DNA from: Catajapyx aquilonaris
Lineage: Eukaryota
Assembly: GCA_000934665.2 (NCBI GenBank)
Contig: KZ538117.1
Span: 62,001-126,000, forward strand
DNA length: 64,000 nt
Reading direction: 5' to 3'
Shown here: in pieces, positions 51,587 through 64,000 of the stretch
Position numbering within the stretch: the first letter of the stretch is position 1
Layout: the number at the start of each line of letters is the position of its first letter
Position numbers and translations under genes: made by a program
The notes under the pieces: model-generated
Database searches by the model: none
Seen by the model: only the letters and a program-made list of their open reading frames with translations
Told to the model about the DNA's origin: nothing

Positions 51587-54500
51587 TATTACTACACTAC
51601 CACTCACAAAAAAAAGTATCGGGTATATTGACCTGAAGACACAAAAGTTCACCTAAGAAGCGTAACCCTCTTGACCAGTCAATTGAGACGCCACGCGACG
51701 CCACCTCACGTCGTTTCAAGTTTCCTCAAGCTCACTTTCGACTCTATAATTCCACCCAGCAATATCGAACTCTTCAATGTTTGCCTAACGTTTGCTTATC
51801 CAAACCACTCCACCCAACCCTGGCCAGAAGACTGTTTGTCGGCGAATGAATAAGAAAAGCAGCGTCCAATTCAAGTGTATGCTCTTCACTGTCCCAGTTT
51901 GCCCCCTGCCCCTTTCCTCAGTCCCTCAGGATCCAGACATGCCCCATCTTGTTTCCCACCCCAGTCCGTTTACTTAGCCCTGTCAAGTCTCTGTCCACTC
52001 ATAAGTGGCGCCCTCCTTTATGCCACCACCAGTTCCTCCTTGTTTTCGTAAGGCTCGTAAAGTTGTCCTTTTGGGAAGGAAAGGCGCACCCCTCACTGCA
52101 GGGTAGCTCTCACTAAAAGTGTAAAGGTGATATAAGGGGGCAAGGGTGGAGGCGATGGACGACATGTGAGAAGGGTAGAAAACATGGCCTCCCGTGGCTG
52201 GCCACCGGAAAGGCGCCTCTCTTAACCTGCCACTTGCCTTTCCGACACCTCTTCATTATCTCAACTCCCTAACCCTACCCCTCTAGTTCATGACTCACAC
52301 ATGAACACACATACACACAATTTATGTTCTGACCGTTCGAACTCGCTTGTTCGCTCCTTTGCGTGCACGGTGGGGGGGGGGGGAAACGTACAATAATTCA
52401 GCACTAGACTGTTATCAGGGGCTGGCGTCCAATTAGCTAATAATTAAGGACGCTGATACAGGTAATGAGCATAAAAATGGCTGGGAGTATAGTGCTTCAC
52501 TTTTTTTTTTAGAATATTGTCAGGGAGTATGGGGTCACGGTTGGATGTAGGAAAATAGCTGGATGCGAGCAGTTTTGGGGATTATTTAGAAAATGTGCAT
52601 TTCATGTTCAAATAGCCTGTAGTGCCAAAAATGTTTAGAAAATAATGACTACGACGCAGTTACAAAGTCGGAAACGTCACCCTTTATTGGCATGATTACG
52701 TGGCGAATGCAAACTCTCGTAAATAGGATTATGGGCCTAGCTTAGTACTCTATACGGCGTATCCAGTCTAACGAGACCATTGGTCTTGGCGCATAATAAA
52801 GGTGATTGATTAATTGCACCACTAGTGGTTATTGCTTGACGTCGCGAGTAAATCTGTCGTAATGGCCGCATATTAAGGGGTGTATGATCATCCCCCTTAT
52901 TTTATTTACATGAATGGGACCTCTGGTGTCAAGTGTCACTACTATTTTAACGACACGCAATCGAGCTGCCATTTTGAATTTAGGCCACGCTATAGGTGGA
53001 TGATCTTTTCCCACGTATTTGACGATGTTGCCTGCAGGTCCTCTTGACAATGAAAGCTATGTATAGCCACAGATTGGAAATGGTTGGTCATATACGGTAT
53101 ATTTTTGCTACATTGCATAGTACAAGTAATAGATTCTTTTCTTAATATTGATAATTACAACGGCTGCTTAGAATTGGACGTAGTTCTGTTAAAAGCTCAC
53201 AAACGTAAACTTCGGATCGCTAGACTCATATCGTGTGACTTTACAGTAGTTGACCCGTCTCTCTGTGTGTGTGTTTTTTAAGTTAAAGAAGAACAGAAGG
53301 GTAGAAATCAAGTTCTCTCCAAGCGTAACACAGTCTTGTTGCTCACGTGTTGGTTAGCATGCTGCAAAATTAATTCCTCTTCTGGAGCCGTGGCTCATCA
53401 GTAAACGAAGCGGAAGGGCCCGATGTCATACTGCATACAGAGTAGCTAATTATCTTTGTAACTACTTTGCTACCTACTGACTGGTCCTCTGCCATACCAC
53501 TGACTAGAAAATAAAAGGACATGCCGCAGAAAAATGTGGTAATTTATTCATAGCGTTGCTATTGGATTCAAATAGAGTGCATAGTATAGGTTGTCATTAA
53601 TTTATGACGATTTATTTGGAGTTAAATTGGACAAGTATCTACGCATATGGCTTTTTAGCTAGTGAGGGGGTCTAACACTCGGAAAGGATGAATGTTTACC
53701 GATGCTATGATGTTTGTAACTGTATTTATTGGTTTATTTTTTAAACATGTTCGATTAATACTGGAAACAATCTAAAATATCACAGCAACTTAATATGAAG
53801 ACATTAAAGAAACCACCATTACAGTAGTAGTGAAGTGGGAAAATTATTCTGCATCTACTTATTTTGTTCACGCTTATAAAAATTGTTTATATCGATGAAA
53901 CATATTTTTACATTATTTTGAAACTCGTTAATTTAAATTACAGTGATTTTGAGAACGCATTTGCAATTCCTCAGGAAAGAAACGATTGGATATGATAGAA
54001 ATGCGTTATTCGTCATTAATGACAATGCAGATGAATTGAGACCTTTTGAGTCACTGGAATGATAAACATCACTTCGCGAAAATTATGCAGATACGACATG
54101 CAAATTGATCATTAGCCTATACTTCCTATGAAATCGTTAAATGTAAAAATGTTGGAAGAAAACAGCAATTCTTCATTTTAAAACTTCTGCCTGAGCCACT
54201 CTCAATGCTGAAAGATGATTTCAAGTTGAAATGGAATAATTATTATGATGAAGGGAACTTGACTGATCACGATTTCCAACCTTAACTTTCGTATTCGACA
54301 AAAAAAAGTCAGTCTCTACATTAACTTGCAACTTTTCTTTGATTGCAGTATAAGCCCGTTACTCTGCAGATATAGCACAAATTTTGCAGAAAAACATCTG
54401 GATTAAAATAATATTTCGCAACAGTCGACATCTCTCATCAAACTGCAGTTTCTTATTGTAAAAAAAGCACTTGCGACACCTTTAAAAATTAGTACATTCA

Positions 54501-54889
54501 CCCCAAGTTAGAATCCCCCATCTTGTCTCCCATTCATCCACCCACTCTCGTCTTCTCTAGCAGAAAAAGTACTCAACAAAGCCCCTTCGCGTTATTGGCC
54601 ACGCCCGAGGATGAAGAATGATTAATAATAATAAGCGCTCCGAGATGAGCAGACGTGCACGAAGCCGTTTACCGCGTCTTTTATTTATAAGATGCCCCTG
54701 AAGAGGTTCCCAAGACACGTGAATGTCACAATCATTCTTACTGCCCGTCTTATGCATAACATATTAGCGTGACCCATTCATCACTGCTTCCTACTGAGGG
54801 CGTCTATTCGGTACAGGCCCTTGTAGTACTGTACATTCAGTGAAGATGTGCACTCCAATTACTATTACAGTAGAGTTTGAAGATGCGTA

Positions 54890-55516
54890 CAGTTAGCCCT
54901 CGTTATCCGCGAGTAATTGGTTCCAAGTTCACCGCGGATAAACCGAACCGATACAGTAGGCTATACAGGGTGTCTCATTTTTTTATCCGAAGTGTTATCG
55001 GAAAATTGCGCGCAGCTGCTACTTTTTAAGCAGTGACTTGCAAACGGTGATTTCGGAGGAACGGGGAATATTATGCGAATCGTAGGTTGAAGTGGCATAC
55101 GTGCTGCCCGCTGAAAATTGAGGGTCAAGCCTGGAAAAAAGAGGGTCACACATGCCATGGGATGTGTGACCCTCTTTTTCCCCATTCCCCATTCCTCAGA
55201 CAAATCACCGGTTGCAAGTCACTGCTTAAAAAGTAGCAGCTACGCGCAATTTTCCCATAACTGTTCGGACAAAGAAGATGGGCATTTTTGACATGTATAA
55301 ATACACACTGTGGAGTATACATACATGTGCTAAGTTTAATAAAAAAATGAAAAAATTATACACATTAAGACATCAACAAATCAAACAACTAATAGAATAG
55401 TTGTTATAACACTGCAGTACTGTACTGCAATTAAAATACATGTTAATTTTTTAAAATTTAAATTTAAATTTTCAAACCGCGAATAACGAGACCGCGGATA
55501 ACCAGGGGACTGGCTG
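54890..55516. mobile_element. pogo/Tigger-like MITE hosting family A copy 3
   Basis: ta|cagttagccctcgttatccgcg ... ccgcgaataacgagaccgcggataaccaggggactggctg. Repeated ccgcggataa subterminal motifs are typical of Tigger-type ends. Confidence 0.72.
54966..55295 (+). mobile_element. Tc1/mariner-type MITE family A, copy 3
   Basis: ta|cagggtgtctcatttt... with the same core as copy 1. Right terminus eroded. Internal 18-bp hairpin at 55136-55179. Confidence 0.88.
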
Positions 55517-56223
55517 AACATTTGACTGCCTCAATAGAACAAGAGCCTATAACTCCAGCCTTAACAATTGCAAGTTTACATCGGCAGCAACTGTATTTGT
55601 TATTCTTTGAAATGCCACTAAGGCAATGCACTAAAATATGTATAAAGATCCTGATCCATGACTTCAGAACGGTGTACTTCACATTCTTTTTCCCTCTGAA
55701 ACTGAAGTTTCTTCTTTCCTAAAAACTCTGAAGAATCGAAAAGGCGTAGCACAAACGCCCCCTGTTTGCAGGGCTGTCAACACGAAGGTGGGTCAGAAGT
55801 GGGGTCAGCTCGAAAGAAATTCAATTCCCTAGGAACGCTTTGGAATACTGTAAGAGCGACGTTTGAATTGAGATGACGGAGGATTCCACGAGGCTGTACC
55901 ACTTTTTCGTTCCAAAACTTGGGGCTCAGCTTTTTGTGTGCGCAGACCGGGAAAAACCTTCGGCATCAAAGACCATTCGGGAGTTCCCCTCCACCTATAA
56001 GTTATATGGATTGGGATAGGTAGGTAGATGTGTATGGACGGGCTGCCTCGCTTCTCCTGGGATTTATGAAGTTCTAACCGATTCTTAGGGAATAAAAGTG
56101 AGATCATTTTTGAGAAGGGAAAATAGAGCAGCGCCAGCTCCAGCCAAAAAATCATGTTTGAAAAATTGGGATGCACCTTTGTTATGTTACATTCCATTAA
56201 CAGAAAATGTAGGGTGCATATCC

Positions 56224-56241
56224 TATTATTATTATTATTGT

Positions 56242-56292
<51 letters not shown>

Positions 56293-56310
56293 GAGGAGGA
56301 GGAGGAGGAG
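56224..56310. repeat. Compound microsatellite (TAT)n-(TAG)n-(AGG)n
   Basis: Direct observation. Confidence 0.97.
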
Positions 56311-58267
56311 TTTGAACTTGAGGAACAACGTGAAAGTCCCTGGGTTGTAACTGAATGCGTGTCCTCGTTCATGCGGAAGAGATACCGAAATGACTCGCTT
56401 TGTAGAAATAGGGGGCTCCTCTTGAATGATGGAGCGGCTGTAAAGTGTTTCTACTGCGTATACCCTCCGTCCTTCCATGTATCAGTCAGTTCACGTTCCA
56501 CCGATTTTACGTTTCGGGCTCTGAAAATGACGGCGATACTCCTCAGAAATAAAATATGGGGGTGAGAAGGACCTGGGGAGGTGGGGTGTAGAAAAGACTT
56601 AGAGGATAGCAATTTTATATCCAGCTATCTTCTTCATCAGAATTCCTGTCGTTAATAGTTCTTAATGATACACACGTAATGTGGTATCGTCGATGGTGTT
56701 TCATGCCATCAATGTAACACCGTCTCCAACTTGAACTGAAAAACTGCATATGTAGACTAACGGTATGCTCAATCATTAAAAGTGAACCCTTAAAATATAT
56801 GGCTTCTGGTTGGCATTACAGCAGGTTGGGAGAGCCAGTCCTGCGCTTATTGCCGTCAGCCCGACTCGGAATTCAAATTGCTCTTCACAATCAAGCAGGA
56901 ATTATGCTAACGCCCTTGATGCTCGGGAAAGCATGGCGCTTTTCCCTTTTTCAACCCCCACACGATATGCATAACTGAAGCCGAGATAACAACTGAGCTG
57001 AGGATGGATGCCACGTGATTGCATATTGAAACTTTGTTTCAAGTGCGCCGATGTGGACTTATTGCTTTTTCATTACCGGGCTGCCGGGCTTCTTTGTGTC
57101 ACTTAATTAGCACAAAACGGGTCATTCATTGCATTAGGGAATCCGTATATCAGTTGCACAATAGCCCGGCCAGTATAAATGGATTTGTGTAGGCCACATG
57201 GGCTAGGCCTAGCTAGGCCTAGTGAGGTGGCCACGGGCATGCAGGAAGGGTGCATCTATCCGAGAACTCCTCTCAAGTCATTATTGCATTCCTTCCGCAT
57301 ACCCTAGCAAGCGCTTCTCGCGTTCCATATTCCATTCCGCAAGGAAACTCCATTAGGAATGTTGGGCAAGACACTTCAATCCGGGGGACTAGACCCCCTA
57401 GAAAGTCTGGATTCCGCCTGTTTTGCAAACGAGAAGGCGGACTTGTGTAACGTCTGTGCAGTTGTGCGTGACTTATAGCCGCGGTGTAATTAGAAAATTC
57501 CTAATTATAGCTGATGCATCCAGGGGGGGCCAGGGGCGGTTGGGAGTTTGCAAGGCATCCATTCAATCCCTCAGTGCTGATGGCTGGCAAATCACAACAT
57601 TGACTAAATCGGAATGCTGGAGAGGGGTGAAAATTGGAGCTGTGGCAAAGGGGTCGTGTGGTTGAGAAGCCAACGGTCAAACTGTGGCTGCGTTTAAATG
57701 GCAATGAGCAAAACCGACGGGCGACAAATGGACAGTCCAAATGCGAGTGCTGGACACATACGCCCAACCCTCCCAAAAAAAGGGGACCTGGCAACCTTCG
57801 AACTTTGCCGACGATTATAGGAGGGGTGTAACATTTTGTTGCCAGCTTGATATCCATTTGCTGCTATTCGTAGTGGCAGCTGTTAGTTTTAGAGACCAGC
57901 TTATCGTAGCGCTAAATCGCGTCATATGGGGGTTTAACATAGCGGCTTCCGATCAACTGGTTGGTAGGGTTGGTGGCCTTCTAAAAATAGCAACAGATGG
58001 GAGACTGCCTGAAATTTTCATTTTGAGCTCCTAGTTCGCGAGTAGAAAGGTGTCACGTGCCTTGTTAGTAGTTGTATTAAGCCAAGGTATAGAATAATTC
58101 AACCTTAGTCTAACATACATTAGTAGGTTAACGGCATGGTAACCTGATCCAGCATTGGATTATCTCGAAACTGTTTTTTTTTTTTTTGTACTTAGTTGGT
58201 TTCTTATGATGCCCATGATACATCAGCTGCAAAGGTTATAGCCGGTATGAGTCATTGTTGTGAAATA

Positions 58268-58527
58268 CAGGGTGTTCCAAGTTCGTGGGTCGTTTTTAGT
58301 CATCTCTAATATCGCCCGAAGTATTTATTTTTGTGTAGCTTGTTGTGTTCCGATCCAAGTGCCTCAGTAAGAACTATCAGGTGGTCGAATGTAGCAGTCG
58401 CCATAGAATAGGGCACCTGGATCGGGACCACGCATCGGGACACACCAAGCTACAAAAAAACAGCTTTGAGCGAAATTTCCTATAACAATAACTATTATAA
58501 AAGGCCCCACTAACTTGGAACACCCTG
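58268..58527 (+). mobile_element. Tc1/mariner-type MITE family B, copy 2
   Basis: ta|cagggtgttccaagttcgtggg ... cccactaacttggaacaccctg|ta. Confidence 0.9.
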
Positions 58528-61500
58528 TATATCTACTCTGTTAAAATAAGATTGAAATGTGCGTTGAATGCGGTAAAAAATTGTTTGCTAACACTATTTA
58601 CTAGCGATGTGTTTCGGTTCTGCTGCTTTAAGGATGCCCTTGTCACAGGTAAAATATTTATTAGGTCTCCTCGAAAATAGCCGCCTGATTTAGTCTGTTT
58701 TGACTTCTGAAATTGCGTCGTGGAATGCTTAAATTATTTACAAAATTTAAAATTAGAATTGCCAAAGGTGACAAAACTTAACTGATTTTCAAAACAATGT
58801 AACGTCGCGCGTTATAGATTATGGCTATGACTATGGTATAATCTATATATTCCCCTTAGAAAGGTGGGCTATAAAGTAAAGATATCCATGTCCTCTATAA
58901 GATGATATCTTCCAGCTTTTGAAGCTCAAGTAAATGATTAGATCATGAACAGACTTGCTGTTTGAACATGATTGAATCAGCACAATTTTCTACAGTAGAT
59001 AAGGACATAATGGCACGTATCGTGAGGGAGATCCCGACATGTGTACCGGTTGGAATTTGTTTAGGGCTGCATTTTTGTCCAGCACTAAATTGGATGGCGA
59101 GGGGTGGCGATGTCCGGGGACTTTTCAGGTCTGCCGGGTCCGGATTTTGCGGGCTGTTCCAAGTTTCCGCGGCTTGTGGCGTGGCTACTCTCAGCCAACT
59201 TTTAGCGGATTTGGGATCGGGTGGCACAAGCTGCTTTAAATGCGGTTTGTTTTTTTGTGTTAGTGGCCAAGGGTGACAGACTGAGAAGAAACCCACCCTT
59301 CTGCAATGGCAAGGGCCTCCCGGGTGAAATCCCCCCATTTCACTTGCAAATGACTAGATTTAACCCATTTGCACAGGGTGTTCCGTAATGTCCGCTGACG
59401 TTCATTCCAAGGCTTGCTACATACTGTCATTTATCATTAAATACCATCATTTATTTCTGCAAAGACAGCATAGATTATCCCAGAAAAGGAGGTGTGCTGG
59501 TCATAGGATTGAGCACCCCTGACTTTCACCTCCAGCTTTTTATTCATGAGCCAGATAGAATTTTATGCATGGAAAGAGTTCAGTGGTCCTCAGTTTCGGT
59601 GGGCAGGTTTTCTCAGTTACCTTTCATACTACCTAAATTAAAAAGCATTATCCTCCGGTATGGACCAAAAATAATGACCCAAATTTTGGGACTCAAAAAA
59701 TGTGCATGTTCGCCCTCTAGCGGCATACAAAAGGCATCGGCTTATTTAAACCACCTTCCGATAAGTGACACAGCAAACCACGTGAAAAGAAACGAGTCTA
59801 TAGAACAGGAACCAGCTCGCAGGCTTTAGAAACGTCAGAATTTCCAATGACCCTTTCCTACAACGTTCAAAAAATATGAAGACATTATTTCTACCTCCGC
59901 CTCACGGCGATAAAAAGCTCGTTATCGGAACTGGAAGAAGAAGAAGAAGAAAAAGAAAAAGAAAAAAAAAAGTGGAAGGATGTAGCTCTTGATTTTGTAT
60001 GGGGGGGGGGGGGGGNGGAGTTGAGCCAAAAGAAAGTTAAAAAAAAAACTAGGATTATTCTGGGAGGGGGAATTAGATACCCTGTTTGTCACTCATCTTC
60101 TGCTAGGAATATTCTGGCCATTAGCTTCGTTTGGAACACTTGAAGACAGAGATTTTGTGGTGGGAGGGGAATTCCGATTTTCTTGCCATTTCCCTTTCAT
60201 TTCCTCCCTTATTCCGGCTGCGAATTTGGCACGCAGGAGCGATCCGGGTAATGGGGGAAACGGGGGAGTAGGGGAGGTAGGCGTGGGTTACCCCACTCCA
60301 TCCTCCCAACCTCCCCCACCCAGATGAAATATTGTACGCTTCTGATGGTCCACCGCCTCTATTGTGCCGCCGCCAGACTTCATTTTGGGCTGACCCCCTT
60401 TCTTCTCCGCTGGACCAAGTGCACCTGGAAACCCCACAGTCTAATTCCATTCGAGTACGAATTTTTGTCAGACTACCTTTGTTGACCTGTACATCTCTGG
60501 AAGCCTCATATGATGAAAAAAATGGAGTCGATATCTATGCAATAATAGCATAAATCATAGGTGCTGGAAAAAAAGCTACTGTTTATTGAAGAGATGTGGC
60601 CAGGAGAATGTTTCGTTTCTGCCATGGAGAAAGGCTGTAGCGGGAGTACGGCACAATATAAACACTTCAGGGAATGGACCACCAGGGAGGGGGAACTGAA
60701 GAGTTACATTGGGACTAATAGGAACAACCGGTGAAATGCAAGGGTAAACGTTAATAGAGTCGAGTGTGCTTGTACTTACCTAGTTGAAACGGGTTGCACG
60801 TTCTGTTGAATGAGACGGAGACACCTTAGGGCAATCAGTGGCAAATTATTTTCTCCAGTCTTAACACTTTAAGGCATACGATCAACACTGTAGAAAAATT
60901 GCAACTATTCTCTAATAAATAATTATTTGATTATGCTAAGTTCTCTAATACCTGATAATATCGGTTTGCGCAGGAGAGGTTCAAACTTGCCTCTTTCGCT
61001 CTTTAAAAATTATTAAGAGTGCACCGAAGTTTATGAGCGTACTGCTAATTTCACGGGAAAGGAGTGAGAGGCAGATTTTCATATCGTACGCATTCGGCTC
61101 CTCTGTGAAGTTTCTTAGTTTTTAATACTGCTGAAAAAAAACTCTATCTCGAGGCCTCCCGGTGGACATCCTTTGGAGACCAGAATAATGACGTCAGATC
61201 TCCCGTTTTTTTTCTCTCTCTTTTTTTCTATGCGTCTCTATCTCTTTCCCTTTCCTCCTCCCCGCATAAAACGCGTTTCCAGTGGTCCATTTGAATGGTT
61301 TCTGCTTCTGCATTCAGCCTCCTCGGGGCGTTTTACTCTCTAAGACCTCCTCTGAGCTCCCTGTACTTCCCTTTCCTTTCAAATTCCTACCTTCCCATCC
61401 TCTTTCTTTTTTTCTCTCTTTCTGTTGGTAGTTCAAAGAGAAGGGCTCAGTGGTGGGAACTGACCAAAGGATCAATGCTGGGGGATGCAGTATCCATATA

Positions 61501-62354
61501 ATGTCGGTATATAGCACCTACTACCTGCTTTCCTCACGGATTTTGTGCTAACACATGTCTTTTTAAGCCATAATAACAAGTAATTTTTCCTAATTATCGG
61601 GCGAACTTGATAAATGGCGTGTAACTCAGCAAAATGCACGATGCCAATTAATGATGGTATGAAAGGAGCGTGGAATTTGTATGTCGAGCTCAGTCTAAAA
61701 AGATGAAGGATCTTGCAGAGTTGGCCAAACAAGGCATAATATTTTCTTCGTCGACTCACCATTATGGCAGAATAAATAACATAAACTTAAAATATGCAGT
61801 GTGCTGTCATTAATTTTAGTGTCTCGTTTTTATGTTTTCTTCTGTAATTCGAAACTTATCTCCTAAAATCCACGATTTCAAAATAGGTGGTTGATCAGAG
61901 CATAAATCTGTTGGTTTCAAGCTGATTTTTACGCCACCAGATCTATTGATAAACGTTAAAAAAAACCTTTATGCGATAATGCATAGTATCGCTTTGTTTT
62001 TGTTACACTGTCAGCAGAGTGTATGGAGGTTTTTCATTGCTTCAAATTTTTATAACCTCTCGCTTTGAAGTACATTTTTAAATATTTCTGTTGCAATAGA
62101 GTCCTATACCAGTAGGTAGTGCTTATCTAGAGTGTAGAAGTTTGATGGGCAGCAGGGCTAAGCGGTTATTATGGTGTGGATAGGCCACCCTGGATACACT
62201 ATGCACTACATACATATTACATACTGTACACTGTGTACTACATACATACTAATAGGCCTACACACTACAATCATAGCCATTCCACATATCGTGGGTATAC
62301 AAGAGAAATCCACCGAGTCTAATTTTGGTTGATTTGAGATGTTTATACCACTTA

Positions 62355-62479
62355 GGGCCGGTTTCACCGAGCTCAGTATATGATAAAACCAGGGTATTTC
62401 TCAAAATCCCTATCTATTTGTATGGATTTTCCTAAAGAAACCTGGTTTTATCATATACCAAGCTCGGTGAAACCGGCCC
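62355..62479. mobile_element. PIF/Harbinger (Tourist-like) MITE
   Basis: TTA TSD on both sides. ~39-bp TIR gggccggtttcaccgagct..gtatatgataaaaccagg with 2 mismatches. Confidence 0.9.
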
Positions 62480-64000
62480 TTAGTAGCAATTATTTTGTGC
62501 TCTATTGCTTGGTGAAGGCCATTTAGTCTCGAAAGTAGTTGATAGTGAAGCCAGAAAATCAAGATTTTCTGTCATCACCGGCATGTAAACAAGACAGTGC
62601 TAGGTCAAAATTATTTACTTTTGATTATCTCGAAACTGGTTTCTTAGACTTGCGGGTAATTTCTCTCATATGCTCACAATATAGGACCAGTGTTGGTTCT
62701 AACTTGGGAGTTATTTTCCACAATAAAATGTTATATACTCAGAAAATTATCTGGAACCCATCCAAGTAGACTATGTTAAAGGTGGCATTTTTACTTCTGA
62801 ATTATTACTCTTGTAAATAGAAAGTGAACCACCCTCTTAAACTTTTCCCACCCATGATCATGTCCAAGAGCACCTAGTCACATCCACGTGCAGGCATATT
62901 TAAAATATTTGTGAACCAGCCCATATGATCCGGCTCCATTTTTGGTTCCGAACACGTACTATAGTGACAGCACTCAAAACATCGATTTTTAATTAAATGG
63001 CCAAACTCGTTGAAAGCACTCCTACACACAAGCGAGTGGAAAGTGGATACCACTTGTGTGCAATCGTGGCTCAGAATCTGGGAACCTCTAAGCTCCCATC
63101 CCCTCCATATATATGCCTATCCCCCCCTCCAAAAAAAAAAAAAAGCAGGAAGAAAATGGCAGGAGAGGGAACAGGAGAGAAGGAACCGAACAAATTGGGC
63201 GTGAAAGAGAGGCAAATCTGTGCGGAGCAGATCTGACGGAGAATTTTGCTGCGCTTTTACATGGGCCGAACCTCCTTCCAAAAAAAACGAAAAAAAACGA
63301 AAAAAAGAAAGAAAGACTGAAGCAACTTTGAAGTGCGTTTCCTTGTCTCACATGCCTAAATCGAACGTCACGTTCGCCAAGGTTCATAAGAAGTTGCAGC
63401 GACAAACCAACTGCTTGGAGAAGAGCACAAACTTTCTGTTCCAGGCAAAACTTTTTTACCCCCCCCCCCNNNNNNNNNNNNNNNNNNNNNNNNNNNNNNN
63501 NNNNNNNNNNNNNNNNNNNNCCCCCCCCCCCCCCCCGGTTTCCCACCGAGATCGTGTGGAAAGTAAGGAACATGCGGTTTCCTAAGTGGCTCTACTCTGG
63601 GGAAGAATGTCTTTCATACCCCACTCGACTAATTACGTTAGCCGGAATTTCTGCTTGATGATGCTCACCGCTTTCCAACCGCCAACTTTTCGAGCGAGAC
63701 TACTGATATCCGCGCGGACGAAATCTGCATGCTAAATTAGAGCCATTTTTCAACCGCGGAGATTCAGTTATAAACACGGGCAGCAGGCACTCCCGGTGGT
63801 GTCCGCTGGAAGTCGTTTCAAAGTCGGACACCACTGTCCGGTCAAACCGCCAGTACTGAGTGGTCACAGGTGTTACAAGCCGCGCTTGTACGTGACTGGT
63901 ACAGGTCGACAGATCATTGTCGTTCTAACTTTTCATTACACTTCAGCAGGCATCTATATTATTAATACCCTACTGTTCCCATAACTCCTCCAGCACCGTA

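Noticed and set aside
140..63984. The short ORFs of the supplied track
   Set aside because: No recognisable domains, and many derive from microsatellites, gaps or MITEs. Only the part of 37899-38096 overlapping exon 2 is real coding sequence.
2196..64000. Conserved arthropod miRNAs in the introns
   Set aside because: No mature sequence I know was recognised by eye; a miRBase/MirGeneDB search would be needed to exclude them.

Overview
Eukaryotic (probably arthropod-like invertebrate) genomic DNA from a draft assembly with four N-gaps. The only coding sequence I can support is the 5' part of a + strand hnRNP C/RALY-family RNA-binding protein gene. Its RRM is split over a first coding exon (CDS 2051-2195) and a 108-nt second exon (37969-38076), separated by a ~35.8-kb intron. 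No third exon was recognised, so the next intron probably exceeds 25.9 kb. The introns are dense in short non-autonomous transposons: several TA-flanked Tc1/mariner-type MITE families, single Harbinger-, piggyBac-, Sola-, Tigger- and hAT/P-like MITEs, a Helitron-like element and a young tRNA-derived SINE with an 18-bp TSD. Several insertions are nested. The other ORF-track entries appear spurious. I found no convincing new multi-gene system. The best leads are a putative spliced uORF in frame with the hnRNP C ORF and separated from it by one TAG, inverted MITE copies bracketing the symmetric 108-nt exon, and the nested MITEs.
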